Notes: generated by a model from the letters alone, not told the origin. DNA of 64,000 bases from Bacteroidota bacterium (GCA_002862745.1 PKDX01000048.1:8696-72695), one strand, 5' to 3'. Shown: positions 54,020 to 62,996, numbered from the stretch's first letter. Program-made: numbers and translations.

Positions 54020-56074
54020 ATGTCATTAGCACTTGGTCCAGCTATCTTTTTTTCAATTCTTGCGGGAGTTGGCTTTGCCTTAGCGCTCTATTGGAGGGAG
54101 TCTACCTTTGATCAAGAGGATGTTTTAACTCGACGCGTTCGCCTGGCAAGTGCCTTTCTCCGAGCGTCGTCGACAGCAATCATAGTCTTTCTGTTGTTAA
54201 GTCCATGGCTGGAAGAAGAAGAGATTCAAGAGAACCAGGTTGCCGTGCAACTGTTAATTGATGGCTCAGCGTCCGTCGATTTTGTGGATGACTCCTCCAC
54301 AATTAGTTATCTGATTAACCGCCTCAAAGAAGAATTTGCGGATTCAGTAATGCTTGAGATAAGCTCTTTTTCCAATGAGGTTGGCAAAGAAAGAGGGAGT
54401 TTGCTGAATCCCTATGAAACAAACATTGTTCAAAGCCTAGAAGATGCCGAAAGAACTTTTTCTTCTTCCGATGCGATCATTTTAGCAAGTGATGGGATAC
54501 ATAATGCAGTGGTAAATCCCTATTCACTTCTAAGTAAAAAGCCAATTTACACATTGGGTTTAGGCGAAATACGTGGAGTAGAAGATTTTAAAATTGTTGA
54601 TGTGCGTCATCCTAGAGTGGTAAATGCTGGCGATGAAGTGGAGGTGCAAGTAGATTGCCAAGCCAATTTGCTCAATGGTGCAGAGATAGGCCTTGAAATA
54701 TCGCATAATGAAGGCGGTCTCCCTTTAGCTTCGGTTGATTTCACTATCTCACAGGATGTTTTTGATACCACAATAACGTTAACCATTCGTCCTCAAGAAA
54801 AGGGAATACAGGCCTTCACAGTTAAGGCAAATTGTACAATGGATGAATTGACACAAGCCAACAATACTGCTTCCTTTTTTATGGAGGTAAAAGATGGTAG
54901 ACAAAATATATTGCTTTGTGCAGCAGGCCCTCATCCTGATATTCGTGCCATACATAAGGCATTATCTGAGTATCAGACAATGAATGTGTCGCTGCATTTT
55001 ATGAAAGATGGCCCACCTACATTGAATGGCCTAGATGGCATAATATGGCATAATTTACCTGATGGGCGTTATGGAGAATTAGCCATTAGTCGAGATAGCA
55101 GAGTTCCGCAGTTATTTATCGTTGGCGCAGCAACTTCTGCAGAGCTTTATAATGCGTTGTTTGATGGCATTGTGCTTCCCACGGGAAGTGCTTGGTCAGC
55201 TAATCGAAAAGCGGTTTTTCAACCATCATCAATACCCTTGATTTTTACAAGTGAAATTCTTCAGCGTCTTGCGGAGATGCCATCCATTCGATATCCTAGT
55301 GGTGTTGTTCATAAGCTCAATATATCGGCCCAAACCTTGCTTACCGAGGGGCTTCAAGAGCCTGTGTTGTCCAACCTTTCCAGGGGAGGGAAAAAGATCT
55401 TTACGCTGATTGGTGAAGGGTGGTGGAAATGGCAAATGGCAGAACGCCAATCGTATGGGAATGCGGATGCCTTTAAGACCTTTTTTCAGCAGCTAACCAA
55501 TGAGTTGATTCAGGACTTTTCACAAGAACGTCTGTTGCTTTCGTGGACACCTAGTCGTCCCAAGGGAAGGGAAGAGGTTATCTTTTCGCTTGATGCCTTA
55601 GGAGAGAATTACACAAGGGTTATACCTCGAAACATAGAAATAAATCTTAGTGATAGTAAGAGTGATTGGGATACAACCTTTGTTGCTAAAAGCAATAATG
55701 AAGGAGTCGTAAGTTCTGACCCTATTCCCCTTCGTTCGGGAATGTATCTTGTGCAAGCAAGTGCACTAGTTGATAACAAAGAGCTTTCAACGAATGCAGG
55801 AATTGTTATCGAAGAGGATTTGCGTGAATACCATGTAACAAGAAGAGATACTACACTCCTTCAACATATTGCACAGGCTAATCAAGGAGTTTATCATAGT
55901 AAGGAGCAGGTGGACAACCTTATCTCAGATGTCATGAATCGGATTAGTGGATTGAAGAAAAATCAAGTGATTCGTTCTGTAAAACCAAGGGTCAATGAAA
56001 TGCTTTGGTTGTGCCTTGCCTTATTGTTTTTTGGGTCTGAGTGGGTTCTGCGAAAATATGCGGGCTCTTTTTAG
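54020..56074 (+). CDS. Membrane-anchored protein with an N-terminal double-TM region and a vWA-like domain
   Basis: 684 aa. Two N-terminal TM helices, a DxSxS-type motif (LLIDGSASVDF), a later IILASDG, and a C-terminal TM helix (MLWLCLALLFFGSEWVL). Starts 7 nt after fabG. Confidence 0.5.
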   Translation: MSLALGPAIFFSILAGVGFALALYWRESTFDQEDVLTRRVRLASAFLRASSTAIIVFLLLSPWLEEEEIQENQVAVQLLIDGSASVDFVDDSSTISYLINRLKEEFADSVMLEISSFSNEVGKERGSLLNPYETNIVQSLEDAERTFSSSDAIILASDGIHNAVVNPYSLLSKKPIYTLGLGEIRGVEDFKIVDVRHPRVVNAGDEVEVQVDCQANLLNGAEIGLEISHNEGGLPLASVDFTISQDVFDTTITLTIRPQEKGIQAFTVKANCTMDELTQANNTASFFMEVKDGRQNILLCAAGPHPDIRAIHKALSEYQTMNVSLHFMKDGPPTLNGLDGIIWHNLPDGRYGELAISRDSRVPQLFIVGAATSAELYNALFDGIVLPTGSAWSANRKAVFQPSSIPLIFTSEILQRLAEMPSIRYPSGVVHKLNISAQTLLTEGLQEPVLSNLSRGGKKIFTLIGEGWWKWQMAERQSYGNADAFKTFFQQLTNELIQDFSQERLLLSWTPSRPKGREEVIFSLDALGENYTRVIPRNIEINLSDSKSDWDTTFVAKSNNEGVVSSDPIPLRSGMYLVQASALVDNKELSTNAGIVIEEDLREYHVTRRDTTLLQHIAQANQGVYHSKEQVDNLISDVMNRISGLKKNQVIRSVKPRVNEMLWLCLALLFFGSEWVLRKYAGSF

Positions 56075-56093
56075 AGCCTAAAAAGGCTATTGC

Positions 56094-56756
56094 CTACACA
56101 TAGGCTTTATAGATAGCGTAGTAATGGCTAAAGGCTCCACCAATTACAAAAAAATGCCACGCTAAGTGATTGTAGGGAATATGGTTTTGAAAGTATACGA
56201 GTAAACCGACTATATACGCCGCGCCTCCTATATAAATCCAATGCTGAATGTGAACAGGAACCGATGATAGAAATTCAGGAAAAATAAAGAAGATTAGGCT
56301 TGCCATAAAGAGATAAAACAACCCGCTCAAGGTATCCCACTTTCCGGTAAAAAATATCTTAAACACGGCGCCCACGGCAGTAATCACCCATAGAATAATC
56401 ATGAGGATTTGCCCGGAGTTTGTGTTAATATAGCGGTAGAGTAGCGCTGTATAAGTACCTGCTATCATTGCGTAGATTGCTATATGATCTAAAATCATGA
56501 GTTTCTTCCCATGTATTGTAAACTTAAATCCGTGAAAGAGCGTAGAGGATAGCAGCATAAGCAAAAGGCAACCTACGTAGACACCTATGACTACTAATCG
56601 GTTGAAGCTTTCCCATTGAACTGCAGAAAAGAAAAAAGGCAAGCTGATCAAGACGGCGAGAAAGGCTAACCCGTGCGACCAAGCATTTGCAGACTCGGAT
56701 TCAATAAATTCTGGAGTGGGATCTACCGGCTTCTGCCAAGGCCAAATTTTGGACAT
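56094..56756 (-). CDS. Hemolysin-III / PAQR-family 7-TM protein
   Basis: 220 aa, about 7 TM helices, with NAWSHG, LFHGF, DHIAIY and HLAWHFFVIGGAFSHY His-rich motifs of the Hly-III family. Confidence 0.8.
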   Translation of the reverse strand: MSKIWPWQKPVDPTPEFIESESANAWSHGLAFLAVLISLPFFFSAVQWESFNRLVVIGVYVGCLLLMLLSSTLFHGFKFTIHGKKLMILDHIAIYAMIAGTYTALLYRYINTNSGQILMIILWVITAVGAVFKIFFTGKWDTLSGLFYLFMASLIFFIFPEFLSSVPVHIQHWIYIGGAAYIVGLLVYFQNHIPYNHLAWHFFVIGGAFSHYYAIYKAYV

Positions 56757-57074
56757 CTAAAGTGAGTTAACTGTAGATATAAAGCTTTTTACATTCTTTT
56801 TGTTCTTGCCAAAGTCGATAAATTGAGTGAAAAGGATACATCGGCTTTCAATAACATACTGCGTCGTATCGAATTGAATTTTACATAGCTCACCCAATGT
56901 CATGCTGCCACTAGCAGGTATTTGTGCAATGATTTGATGGCGTTCCACATCTTCTTTTAATAGTTTCCAACCTTTCTTTTCTAATGCCTTCTTCATCACC
57001 TCAGAAAAGGCTTCGTATGCTGTGAAACTATGGTTACAGCGAGCGCTAAATTTTGCGGGAAAACCTATTGCCAT
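56757..57074 (-). CDS. Hypothetical 105-aa cytoplasmic protein
   Basis: The ORF's stop abuts the Hly-III start (TAG then ATG), and its start overlaps the MarC stop by 10 nt. No recognised motif. Confidence 0.4.
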   Translation of the reverse strand: MAIGFPAKFSARCNHSFTAYEAFSEVMKKALEKKGWKLLKEDVERHQIIAQIPASGSMTLGELCKIQFDTTQYVIESRCILFTQFIDFGKNKKNVKSFISTVNSL

Positions 57075-57646
57075 AACATAATGAGGTTGCCGAGGTTTGT
57101 TGTAAAGATCTTTACGGAGATAGCTAATAGGATAACGCCAAAGATTCGCCGTAAAACAGATAGTCCAGCTTCTTTAATCTTTCCTTCAATGAAAGGAATC
57201 ATTTTTAGTACAAGAAAGACAATCAATAAGTTAAGTCCAATGGCTAAGGATAATACCTGATTAGAAAACTCCGCTTTCAATGAAAGAATCGCTGTGATAG
57301 TTCCCGCACCGGCGATAAGAGGAAAAGCTATGGGTACAATCGCTGACGACATAATGTGCTTTTCTTCTTTAAACAGGCGATGCCCAAGAATCATTTCAAG
57401 TCCAATGATAAAAATCACAATAGATCCTGCAATGGCAAAGGAGGGAATATCAATTCCTAGTAGTGTGAGCAGTTTATCTCCCGTAAAAAGAAAGAGAAAC
57501 ATCAAAAGGCCAGAATACAGGGTTACTTGAAGAGAATGTACATGTCCCTGTTGTTTTTTGATATCGATTAACAGAGGAATTGAGCCAACGATATCTATCA
57601 CGGCAAATAAGGTAAGACTTGCAGTCAGGAGTGCATTGATGTCCAT
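57065..57646 (-). CDS. MarC-family (UPF0056) integral membrane protein
   Basis: About 193 aa, 6 TM helices, N-terminal LFAVIDIVGSIPL typical of the MarC family. ATG 57646 preferred over TTG 57667. Confidence 0.75.
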   Translation of the reverse strand: MDINALLTASLTLFAVIDIVGSIPLLIDIKKQQGHVHSLQVTLYSGLLMFLFLFTGDKLLTLLGIDIPSFAIAGSIVIFIIGLEMILGHRLFKEEKHIMSSAIVPIAFPLIAGAGTITAILSLKAEFSNQVLSLAIGLNLLIVFLVLKMIPFIEGKIKEAGLSVLRRIFGVILLAISVKIFTTNLGNLIMLWQ

Positions 57647-57729
57647 AACGTTTGAAATTGTCCACAAAACTACACCTTCTGTAATCTCCTGAGCCTATTC
57701 ATTTTCTTAAATTTATATAAAGCCACTAT

Positions 57730-58884
57730 ATGCCACATTACTATCGACTCGGGGACATTCCATCAAAACGTCATACTCAGTTTAGAAATAAGGAGGGCGT
57801 GTTATATTCCGAAGAACTTGTATCTACCGAAGGATTTGACAATATCTATTCCTTGGTCTATCACTGCCATCCACCCACTTTGATTAAGGAAATTGGACAA
57901 AGACGGGATGTTCGCCCTGAGATTGCAGTTGATGAACATATTGCACACCGAAAATTCTTTGGCTTTAACCTGGCATTTGGCCCGAATTATATTGCACACC
58001 GAATTCCCTTAATGGTCAATAACGATGTTCAGCTTAGCATGGCGGCTCCCACGGAATCCATGGTTGACCAATACTTCAAAAACGCTACAGCCGATGAGGT
58101 GATTTTCATCCATCATGGCGAAGGAACTATGCACTCTATTTATGGCGAACTCCCCTTTAAGCCTGGTGATTATGTTGTTATTCCGCGTGGCACGATTTAT
58201 CAAATGCGATGGGCAACAAAAGAAAACAAATGCTTGATTATTGAATCTTCAGGACCTGTTGTAACCCCAAAGCGTTATAGAAATCAATTTGGTCAGCATC
58301 TCGAGCATTCCCCGTTTTGTGAACGCGACTTTCGAAAACCTGAGCATCTTGTTACTCACGATGAAAAAGGGGAATTTGTGATTTCCATCAAGAAAAATGG
58401 ATTTATTTATGATGTGGTCTATGCATCCCATCCTTTTGATGCCATTGGTTGGGATGGTTACCTCTATCCCTATGCGTTTAGTATTCATGATTTTGAACCA
58501 ATAACAGGCCGTGTTCACCAACCCCCTCCGGTTCATCAGACATTCAGCGGTCGCAATTTTGTGATTTGTTCCTTTGTGCCGCGGCTGTACGATTATCATC
58601 CAGAAGGTATTCCAGCGCCATACAATCATAGTAATGTAGACTCTGATGAAGTACTTTATTATGTAGAGCCAAAATTTATGAGCCGTAATGACGTTGAAGA
58701 AGGTATGTTAACCTTACATCCATTAGGAATTCCTCATGGTCCTCATCACGGGGCGGTTGAAAACAGTATTGGTAAAAAAGGAACAGAAGAATTGGCCGTA
58801 ATGGTCGATACCTTTCATCCCTTAAAACTTACAAAACAAGCCTTATCCATAGAAGATGAGGGATACCACAAAAGTTGGCTGTGA
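57730..58884 (+). CDS. hmgA: Homogentisate 1,2-dioxygenase
   Basis: 384 aa beginning MPHYYRLGDIPSKRHTQF, matching the short Bacteroidota-type HGD as I recall it. Cupin-like core with His/Glu ligand region (HPEGIPAPYNHSN...HPLGIPHGPH). Confidence 0.8.
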   Translation: MPHYYRLGDIPSKRHTQFRNKEGVLYSEELVSTEGFDNIYSLVYHCHPPTLIKEIGQRRDVRPEIAVDEHIAHRKFFGFNLAFGPNYIAHRIPLMVNNDVQLSMAAPTESMVDQYFKNATADEVIFIHHGEGTMHSIYGELPFKPGDYVVIPRGTIYQMRWATKENKCLIIESSGPVVTPKRYRNQFGQHLEHSPFCERDFRKPEHLVTHDEKGEFVISIKKNGFIYDVVYASHPFDAIGWDGYLYPYAFSIHDFEPITGRVHQPPPVHQTFSGRNFVICSFVPRLYDYHPEGIPAPYNHSNVDSDEVLYYVEPKFMSRNDVEEGMLTLHPLGIPHGPHHGAVENSIGKKGTEELAVMVDTFHPLKLTKQALSIEDEGYHKSWL

Positions 58885-59492
58885 AGCAAATCAGTAGGTC
58901 CCTCATTCTAACCTTTCTCGTTTTCTTTTTCTCAAAGGACGTAGCATTCTCTCAGCATGCTGATTCTAAGCGTGTCATCCTTGTATTAGATGGAACCTAC
59001 ACCATGAGAGGAAACAATTCGCTCGATATTATGAAGTCTTGGGCTAATACGGCGATTGATTATTTTAATGATGGCGATTCACTATGCATAATCACCTTTT
59101 CAAACTATGCAAAGGTTAGTGTTCCGTTTTTACCTGTCCATCACAGACAGTTTATGCTCAACGTTGTTGAAGATATAACTCCCACCTTGGCGACCTATGT
59201 TTATGATGGACTATCCCTTGCGCTTGAGACACACAATTGGAGAAATCCTGATCAACTTCGCAAAAGTGTCATCGTGCTTTTAAGTGATGGACTTGCTCCC
59301 AATGACGATCGATTGGACGCCATTGCTTCTGAAATTGATTCGCTGAATTGTATTTTGCATGTGGTTCAAACAACATTTGCTGAGGATAAATATGTGAACC
59401 AATTAAAAACGCTAGCTGAAAATTCAGGTGGGGTATATCTGCAAGGGGTGTCGTTTAAACCAGAGCGTATCGTGCCATTAATCCGGCACTAA
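58875..59492 (+). CDS. Small secreted vWA-domain protein
   Basis: Signal peptide (LILTFLVFFFSKDVAFSQ), a MIDAS-like VILVLDGTYTM (DxTxT variant), LCIITFSNYA, VIVLLSDG and LAENSGGVY, in the order expected for a vWA fold. TTG start at 58875 (GTG at 58881 is an alternative) overlaps the hmgA stop. Confidence 0.5.
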   Translation: MAVKQISRSLILTFLVFFFSKDVAFSQHADSKRVILVLDGTYTMRGNNSLDIMKSWANTAIDYFNDGDSLCIITFSNYAKVSVPFLPVHHRQFMLNVVEDITPTLATYVYDGLSLALETHNWRNPDQLRKSVIVLLSDGLAPNDDRLDAIASEIDSLNCILHVVQTTFAEDKYVNQLKTLAENSGGVYLQGVSFKPERIVPLIRH

Positions 59493-59554
59493 ATACAAGG
59501 TCTATATAATTGAATAGTGCCCTATCTTTAGAGCAAGGGAAAAGAACAAAAATT

Positions 59555-60688
59555 ATGGAAAGTTTTAGATCAAGCAGTAAAGATCGATTAGTAGAGGCAG
59601 AAGATTTTTTACCGCTTCTTGGTACCGATCATATTGAGTTTTACTGTGGTAATGCTAAACAATCAGCATTTTATTATCAATATCTCTTTGGCTTTGAATT
59701 AGTGGCTTATGCCGGTCCGGAGACAGGAGTTAGAGACAAAGCTTCTTATGTTCTTCAGCAGAATAAGTTGCGCTTTGTCCTTTCTACCGCACTACGTCCT
59801 GATCATGAGATAAGCGATCATGTGCGCACTCATGGTGACGGCGTTAAAGTGCTTGCGCTCCAAGTAGAAGACGCTCGTAAAGCTTTAGAGGAAACTCGAG
59901 CACGAGGAGGAGAGGTAGTAATGGAAGCAAAAGAATTCAGTGATGAACATGGTTCTGTGGTGGTCTCTGCAATCAAAACCTATGGTGAGACTATTCATAA
60001 GTTTATTGAACGAAGAGCGTATAACGGGATCTTTATGCCTGGCTATCAGCCACGAAACTCAACGGCACCGGTGAGCCCTGTCGGTTTAGAATATGTCGAT
60101 CACTGTGTCGGTAATGTGGAGTTGGGCAAAATGGATGAATGGGTTGCCTTCTATGAAAAGGTTATGGGCTTTTCTTTACTTCTCACCTTTGATGATAAAG
60201 ACATTTCAACGGAGTACTCTGCCTTGATGTCTAAAGTGGTATCAAACGGAAATGGATATGTTAAGTTTCCAATCAATGAGCCCGCTGAAGGATTACGCAA
60301 ATCACAAATCGACGAATACCTTGAGTTCTATCAAGGAGCAGGCGTACAGCATATTGCTATTGCTACAAAAGATATCCTGACGACCGTGCAAGCCTTAAGG
60401 GATCGAGGAGTAGAGTTTTTACATGTACCTGATACATACTATGACGATTTGCTTGACAGGGTTGGAGAGATCAAAGAAGATATTAATGCTTTGCGTTCAC
60501 TCAATATTCTCGTAGACCGAGATGATGAGGGATACCTCCTTCAAATTTTCACTAAACCTCTGGAAGACAGACCAACGCTTTTCTTTGAAATCATTCAGCG
60601 AGAAGGAGCGCGATCTTTTGGTAAAGGGAATTTCAAAGCATTGTTTGAAGCCATTGAGCGTGAGCAGGGTTTACGCGGGAACCTCTAA
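59555..60688 (+). CDS. hppD: 4-hydroxyphenylpyruvate dioxygenase
   Basis: About 377 aa. HIEFYCGNAKQ, GVQHIAIAT, LLQIFTKP, and FFEIIQREGARSFGKGNFKALFEAIEREQ. ATG 59555 preferred over TTG 59510. Confidence 0.9.
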   Translation: MESFRSSSKDRLVEAEDFLPLLGTDHIEFYCGNAKQSAFYYQYLFGFELVAYAGPETGVRDKASYVLQQNKLRFVLSTALRPDHEISDHVRTHGDGVKVLALQVEDARKALEETRARGGEVVMEAKEFSDEHGSVVVSAIKTYGETIHKFIERRAYNGIFMPGYQPRNSTAPVSPVGLEYVDHCVGNVELGKMDEWVAFYEKVMGFSLLLTFDDKDISTEYSALMSKVVSNGNGYVKFPINEPAEGLRKSQIDEYLEFYQGAGVQHIAIATKDILTTVQALRDRGVEFLHVPDTYYDDLLDRVGEIKEDINALRSLNILVDRDDEGYLLQIFTKPLEDRPTLFFEIIQREGARSFGKGNFKALFEAIEREQGLRGNL

Positions 60689-60707
60689 AACTACTCTTAT
60701 AGATAAA

Positions 60708-60737
60708 GAAAAAGGCCTGGGAAACCAGGCCTTTTTA
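60708..60737. terminator. Bidirectional rho-independent terminator between hppD (+) and rpsP (-)
   Basis: A-run, stem aggcctgg (60713..60720) / ccaggcct (60725..60732), loop gaaa, then T-run 60732..60736. Confidence 0.75.
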
Positions 60738-60769
60738 GTATGATGAAAAGTTGAACGAAGGTCTGCTTG

Positions 60770-61603
60770 TTATTCTGCAGCTTCGTCTTCTTTGTTGTCT
60801 TCTTCTTTGTTGTCTTCTTCTGCAGGAGCTTCTTCAGCGGCTGCTTCTTCAGCAGGGGCCTCTTCAGCGGGAGCTTCCTCAGTGGCTGCTTCTTCAGTAG
60901 GAGCTTCTTCGGCGGGAGCTTCTTCAGCAGGGGCCTCTTCAGCGGGAGCTTCCTCAGTGGCTGCTTCTTCAGCAGGAGCTTCTTCGGCGGGAGCTTCTTC
61001 AGCGGCTGCTTCTTCAGCAGGGGCCTCTTCAGCGGGAGCTTCCTCAGCGGCTGCTTCTTCGGCAGGAGCTTCGACAACAGCTGCTTCCTCTGCAGGAGCG
61101 CCTTCTTCGTCAGCCGTTGCTTCATCCTCTGCAGGAGCAGCTGCCTCTTCTAGTTTAGCTCTTCTTGCTGCTAGGATTGAAGCGCTCTTTTCGAGTTCTT
61201 TTTTCGCCTTAGCTTTTTTACTTTCTTGAATTTTTTGAGCGTTCGCTTCGATTGCCTTTTGAATCTCAGCTTCTTTATTGGCTGACCATTCCGCAAATTT
61301 TGCTTCAGCTTCTTCTAGCGTTAAAGCACCTTTACGTACTCCACGCATTAGATGCTTTTTGTAGAGGACACCCTTGTAGGATAGAATTCTGCGCACCGTT
61401 GGTGTTGGTTCTGCTCCATTCTCAAGCCACTTTAATGAGGCATCTACATCTAAATCGATAGTTGCTGGACTGTTTACAGGATTGTAGCTTCCTATACGCT
61501 CGATATAGCGTCCGTCTCTTTTTGACGTTACATTAGCGGCTACGATATAATAGTAAGGACGTCCTTTTCGTCCGTGTCTCTGAAGTCTTAGTTTTACTGC
61601 CAT
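60770..61603 (-). CDS. rpsP: 30S ribosomal protein S16 with a long low-complexity C-terminal extension
   Basis: The N-terminus MAVKLRLQRHGRKGRPYYYIVAANVTSKRDGRYIERIGSYNP is canonical S16. The ORF continues in frame for about 190 more residues, first Lys/Glu/Ala-rich and then (A/P/T)-E-E-A repeats. Confidence 0.9.
   Translation of the reverse strand: MAVKLRLQRHGRKGRPYYYIVAANVTSKRDGRYIERIGSYNPVNSPATIDLDVDASLKWLENGAEPTPTVRRILSYKGVLYKKHLMRGVRKGALTLEEAEAKFAEWSANKEAEIQKAIEANAQKIQESKKAKAKKELEKSASILAARRAKLEEAAAPAEDEATADEEGAPAEEAAVVEAPAEEAAAEEAPAEEAPAEEAAAEEAPAEEAPAEEAATEEAPAEEAPAEEAPAEEAPTEEAATEEAPAEEAPAEEAAAEEAPAEEDNKEEDNKEDEAAE
60821..61070. repeat. Imperfect in-frame tandem repeat (15-nt / 5-codon unit EEAPA; larger copies start at 60851, 60926 and 61016) inside rpsP
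   Basis: The block agcaggggcctcttcagcgggagcttcctcag[t/c]ggctgcttcttc recurs three times, at spacings of 75 and 90 nt. All frames on both strands lack stops here, which explains three spurious ORFs in the track. Confidence 0.75.
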
Positions 61604-61664
61604 AAGTCTAAATTATGCTTGTAATTAATTAATTATTTTTCTAAATGGATTGCGAATATAGGCT

Positions 61665-62996
61665 TTATCGACGAGATTTCATCATAGAGCGCATCATTTT
61701 GGCACTTCCACCTCCTTGCATCTTGCGCATCATCTTCTTCATGTCCTCAAACTGCTTAATAAATCGATTAACCTCTTGGATTGAGTTACCACTGCCCGCT
61801 GCAAGCCTTTTTCTTCGGGATCCATCAAGGGAATCGGGATTTGCTCGCTCATAAGGTGTCATAGATTGCATGATCGCTTCCACTTTTTTGAAGGCATCAT
61901 CACTGATTTCAACATCGCGCAGTGCTTTACCCATGCCAGGCATCATAGAAAGCAAGTCTTTCATGTTGCCCATTTTTTTGATCTGCTTTAATTGACCCAT
62001 AAAGTCATCGAAGTCAAATTTGTTTTTGGCAATTTTTTTAGAAACCTTTCTTGCCTCCTCTTCATCGAAGTCCTGTTGAGCTCGCTCTACAAGGGTTACG
62101 ATGTCTCCCATTCCCAGAATACGTCGTGCCATACGGTCTGGGTGGAAAAGATCAATGGAGTCAACTTTCTCGCCAGATGAAGCAAACTTGATAGGCTTAC
62201 CCACTGTGTATTGTATGGATAGTGCTGCACCCCCCCTTGTATCCCCATCAAGTTTTGTCAGGACCACACCATCGAAGTCAATCGTTTGATTAAAGGCCTC
62301 TGCCGTATTGACGGCATCTTGTCCTGTCATTGAATCCACTACGAAGAGCGTTTCTTGGGGTTGAATGGCTCGTTTGACGTCTTGGATTTCTGTCATCATC
62401 ACCTCGTCTACTGCAAGACGTCCCGCTGTATCGATAATGACAACATCGTGGCCATTTTTTTTGGCAAAGTCAATTCCAGCCTTTGCGATAGATACGGGTG
62501 ATTTATCCTCTTTATCATAAAAGACCGGGATATCGATTTTTTCCCCTAAGCTTGCGAGCTGATCGATGGCTGCTGGTCGATACACGTCACCGGCGACCAT
62601 TAATGGAGATTTACCTTTCTTGGATTTTGCCCAGTGTGCAAGCTTGTGTGTAAAGGTCGTTTTACCTGAACCTTGTAATCCGGCGATCAAGATGACTGCG
62701 GGATTTCCTGTAATCTGAAAGCTCGCAACCTCTCCACCCATTAGATCCCGCAGTTCATCTTCTACGATTTTAACAAGCATTTGCCCAGGCTGTACAGACT
62801 TGAGTACACCTTGACCGAGGGCTTTTTCTTTTACGCTATCGGTGAAGGTTTTGGCGATTTTGTAGTTAACATCCGCTTCGACCAAGGCTCTGCGAATTTC
62901 CTTTGTCGTTTTGGCGATATTTATTTCGGTAATCTTGTGTTGGCCTTTTAAAATACTAAAGGCCTTATCCAGGCGATCCTGAAGTGTATTAAACAT
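61665..62996 (-). CDS. ffh: Signal recognition particle protein Ffh
   Basis: 443 aa. NG domain GLQGSGKTT, DTAGR and TKLDGD, then a Met-rich M domain (MGNMKDLLSMMPGMG). Confidence 0.95.
   Translation of the reverse strand: MFNTLQDRLDKAFSILKGQHKITEINIAKTTKEIRRALVEADVNYKIAKTFTDSVKEKALGQGVLKSVQPGQMLVKIVEDELRDLMGGEVASFQITGNPAVILIAGLQGSGKTTFTHKLAHWAKSKKGKSPLMVAGDVYRPAAIDQLASLGEKIDIPVFYDKEDKSPVSIAKAGIDFAKKNGHDVVIIDTAGRLAVDEVMMTEIQDVKRAIQPQETLFVVDSMTGQDAVNTAEAFNQTIDFDGVVLTKLDGDTRGGAALSIQYTVGKPIKFASSGEKVDSIDLFHPDRMARRILGMGDIVTLVERAQQDFDEEEARKVSKKIAKNKFDFDDFMGQLKQIKKMGNMKDLLSMMPGMGKALRDVEISDDAFKKVEAIMQSMTPYERANPDSLDGSRRKRLAAGSGNSIQEVNRFIKQFEDMKKMMRKMQGGGSAKMMRSMMKSRR

Noticed and set aside
56062-56079. 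Short hairpin (ggctc-ttttta-gagcc) spanning the stop codon of the 684-aa vWA-like gene. A similar 4-bp stem occurs after the 88-aa ORF at about 39203..39215.
   Set aside because: Stems of 4-5 bp without a proper U-tract are too weak to call terminators.
60821-61070. Regularly spaced direct repeats that could superficially suggest a CRISPR-like or minisatellite array.
   Set aside because: The unit is 15 nt, with no unique spacers. It lies in frame within a ribosomal protein gene, and no cas genes are present. It is a coding tandem repeat.
60697-61229. Three further ORFs in the track (60697..61125 minus, 60767..61153 plus, 60792..61229 plus) with repetitive Lys/Pro/Leu, Phe/Ser/Gly or Ala/Ser products.
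   Set aside because: They are alternative-frame or antisense readings of the stop-free (GCN/GAA)n repeat inside rpsP. Only the frame contiguous with the canonical S16 N-terminus is credible.
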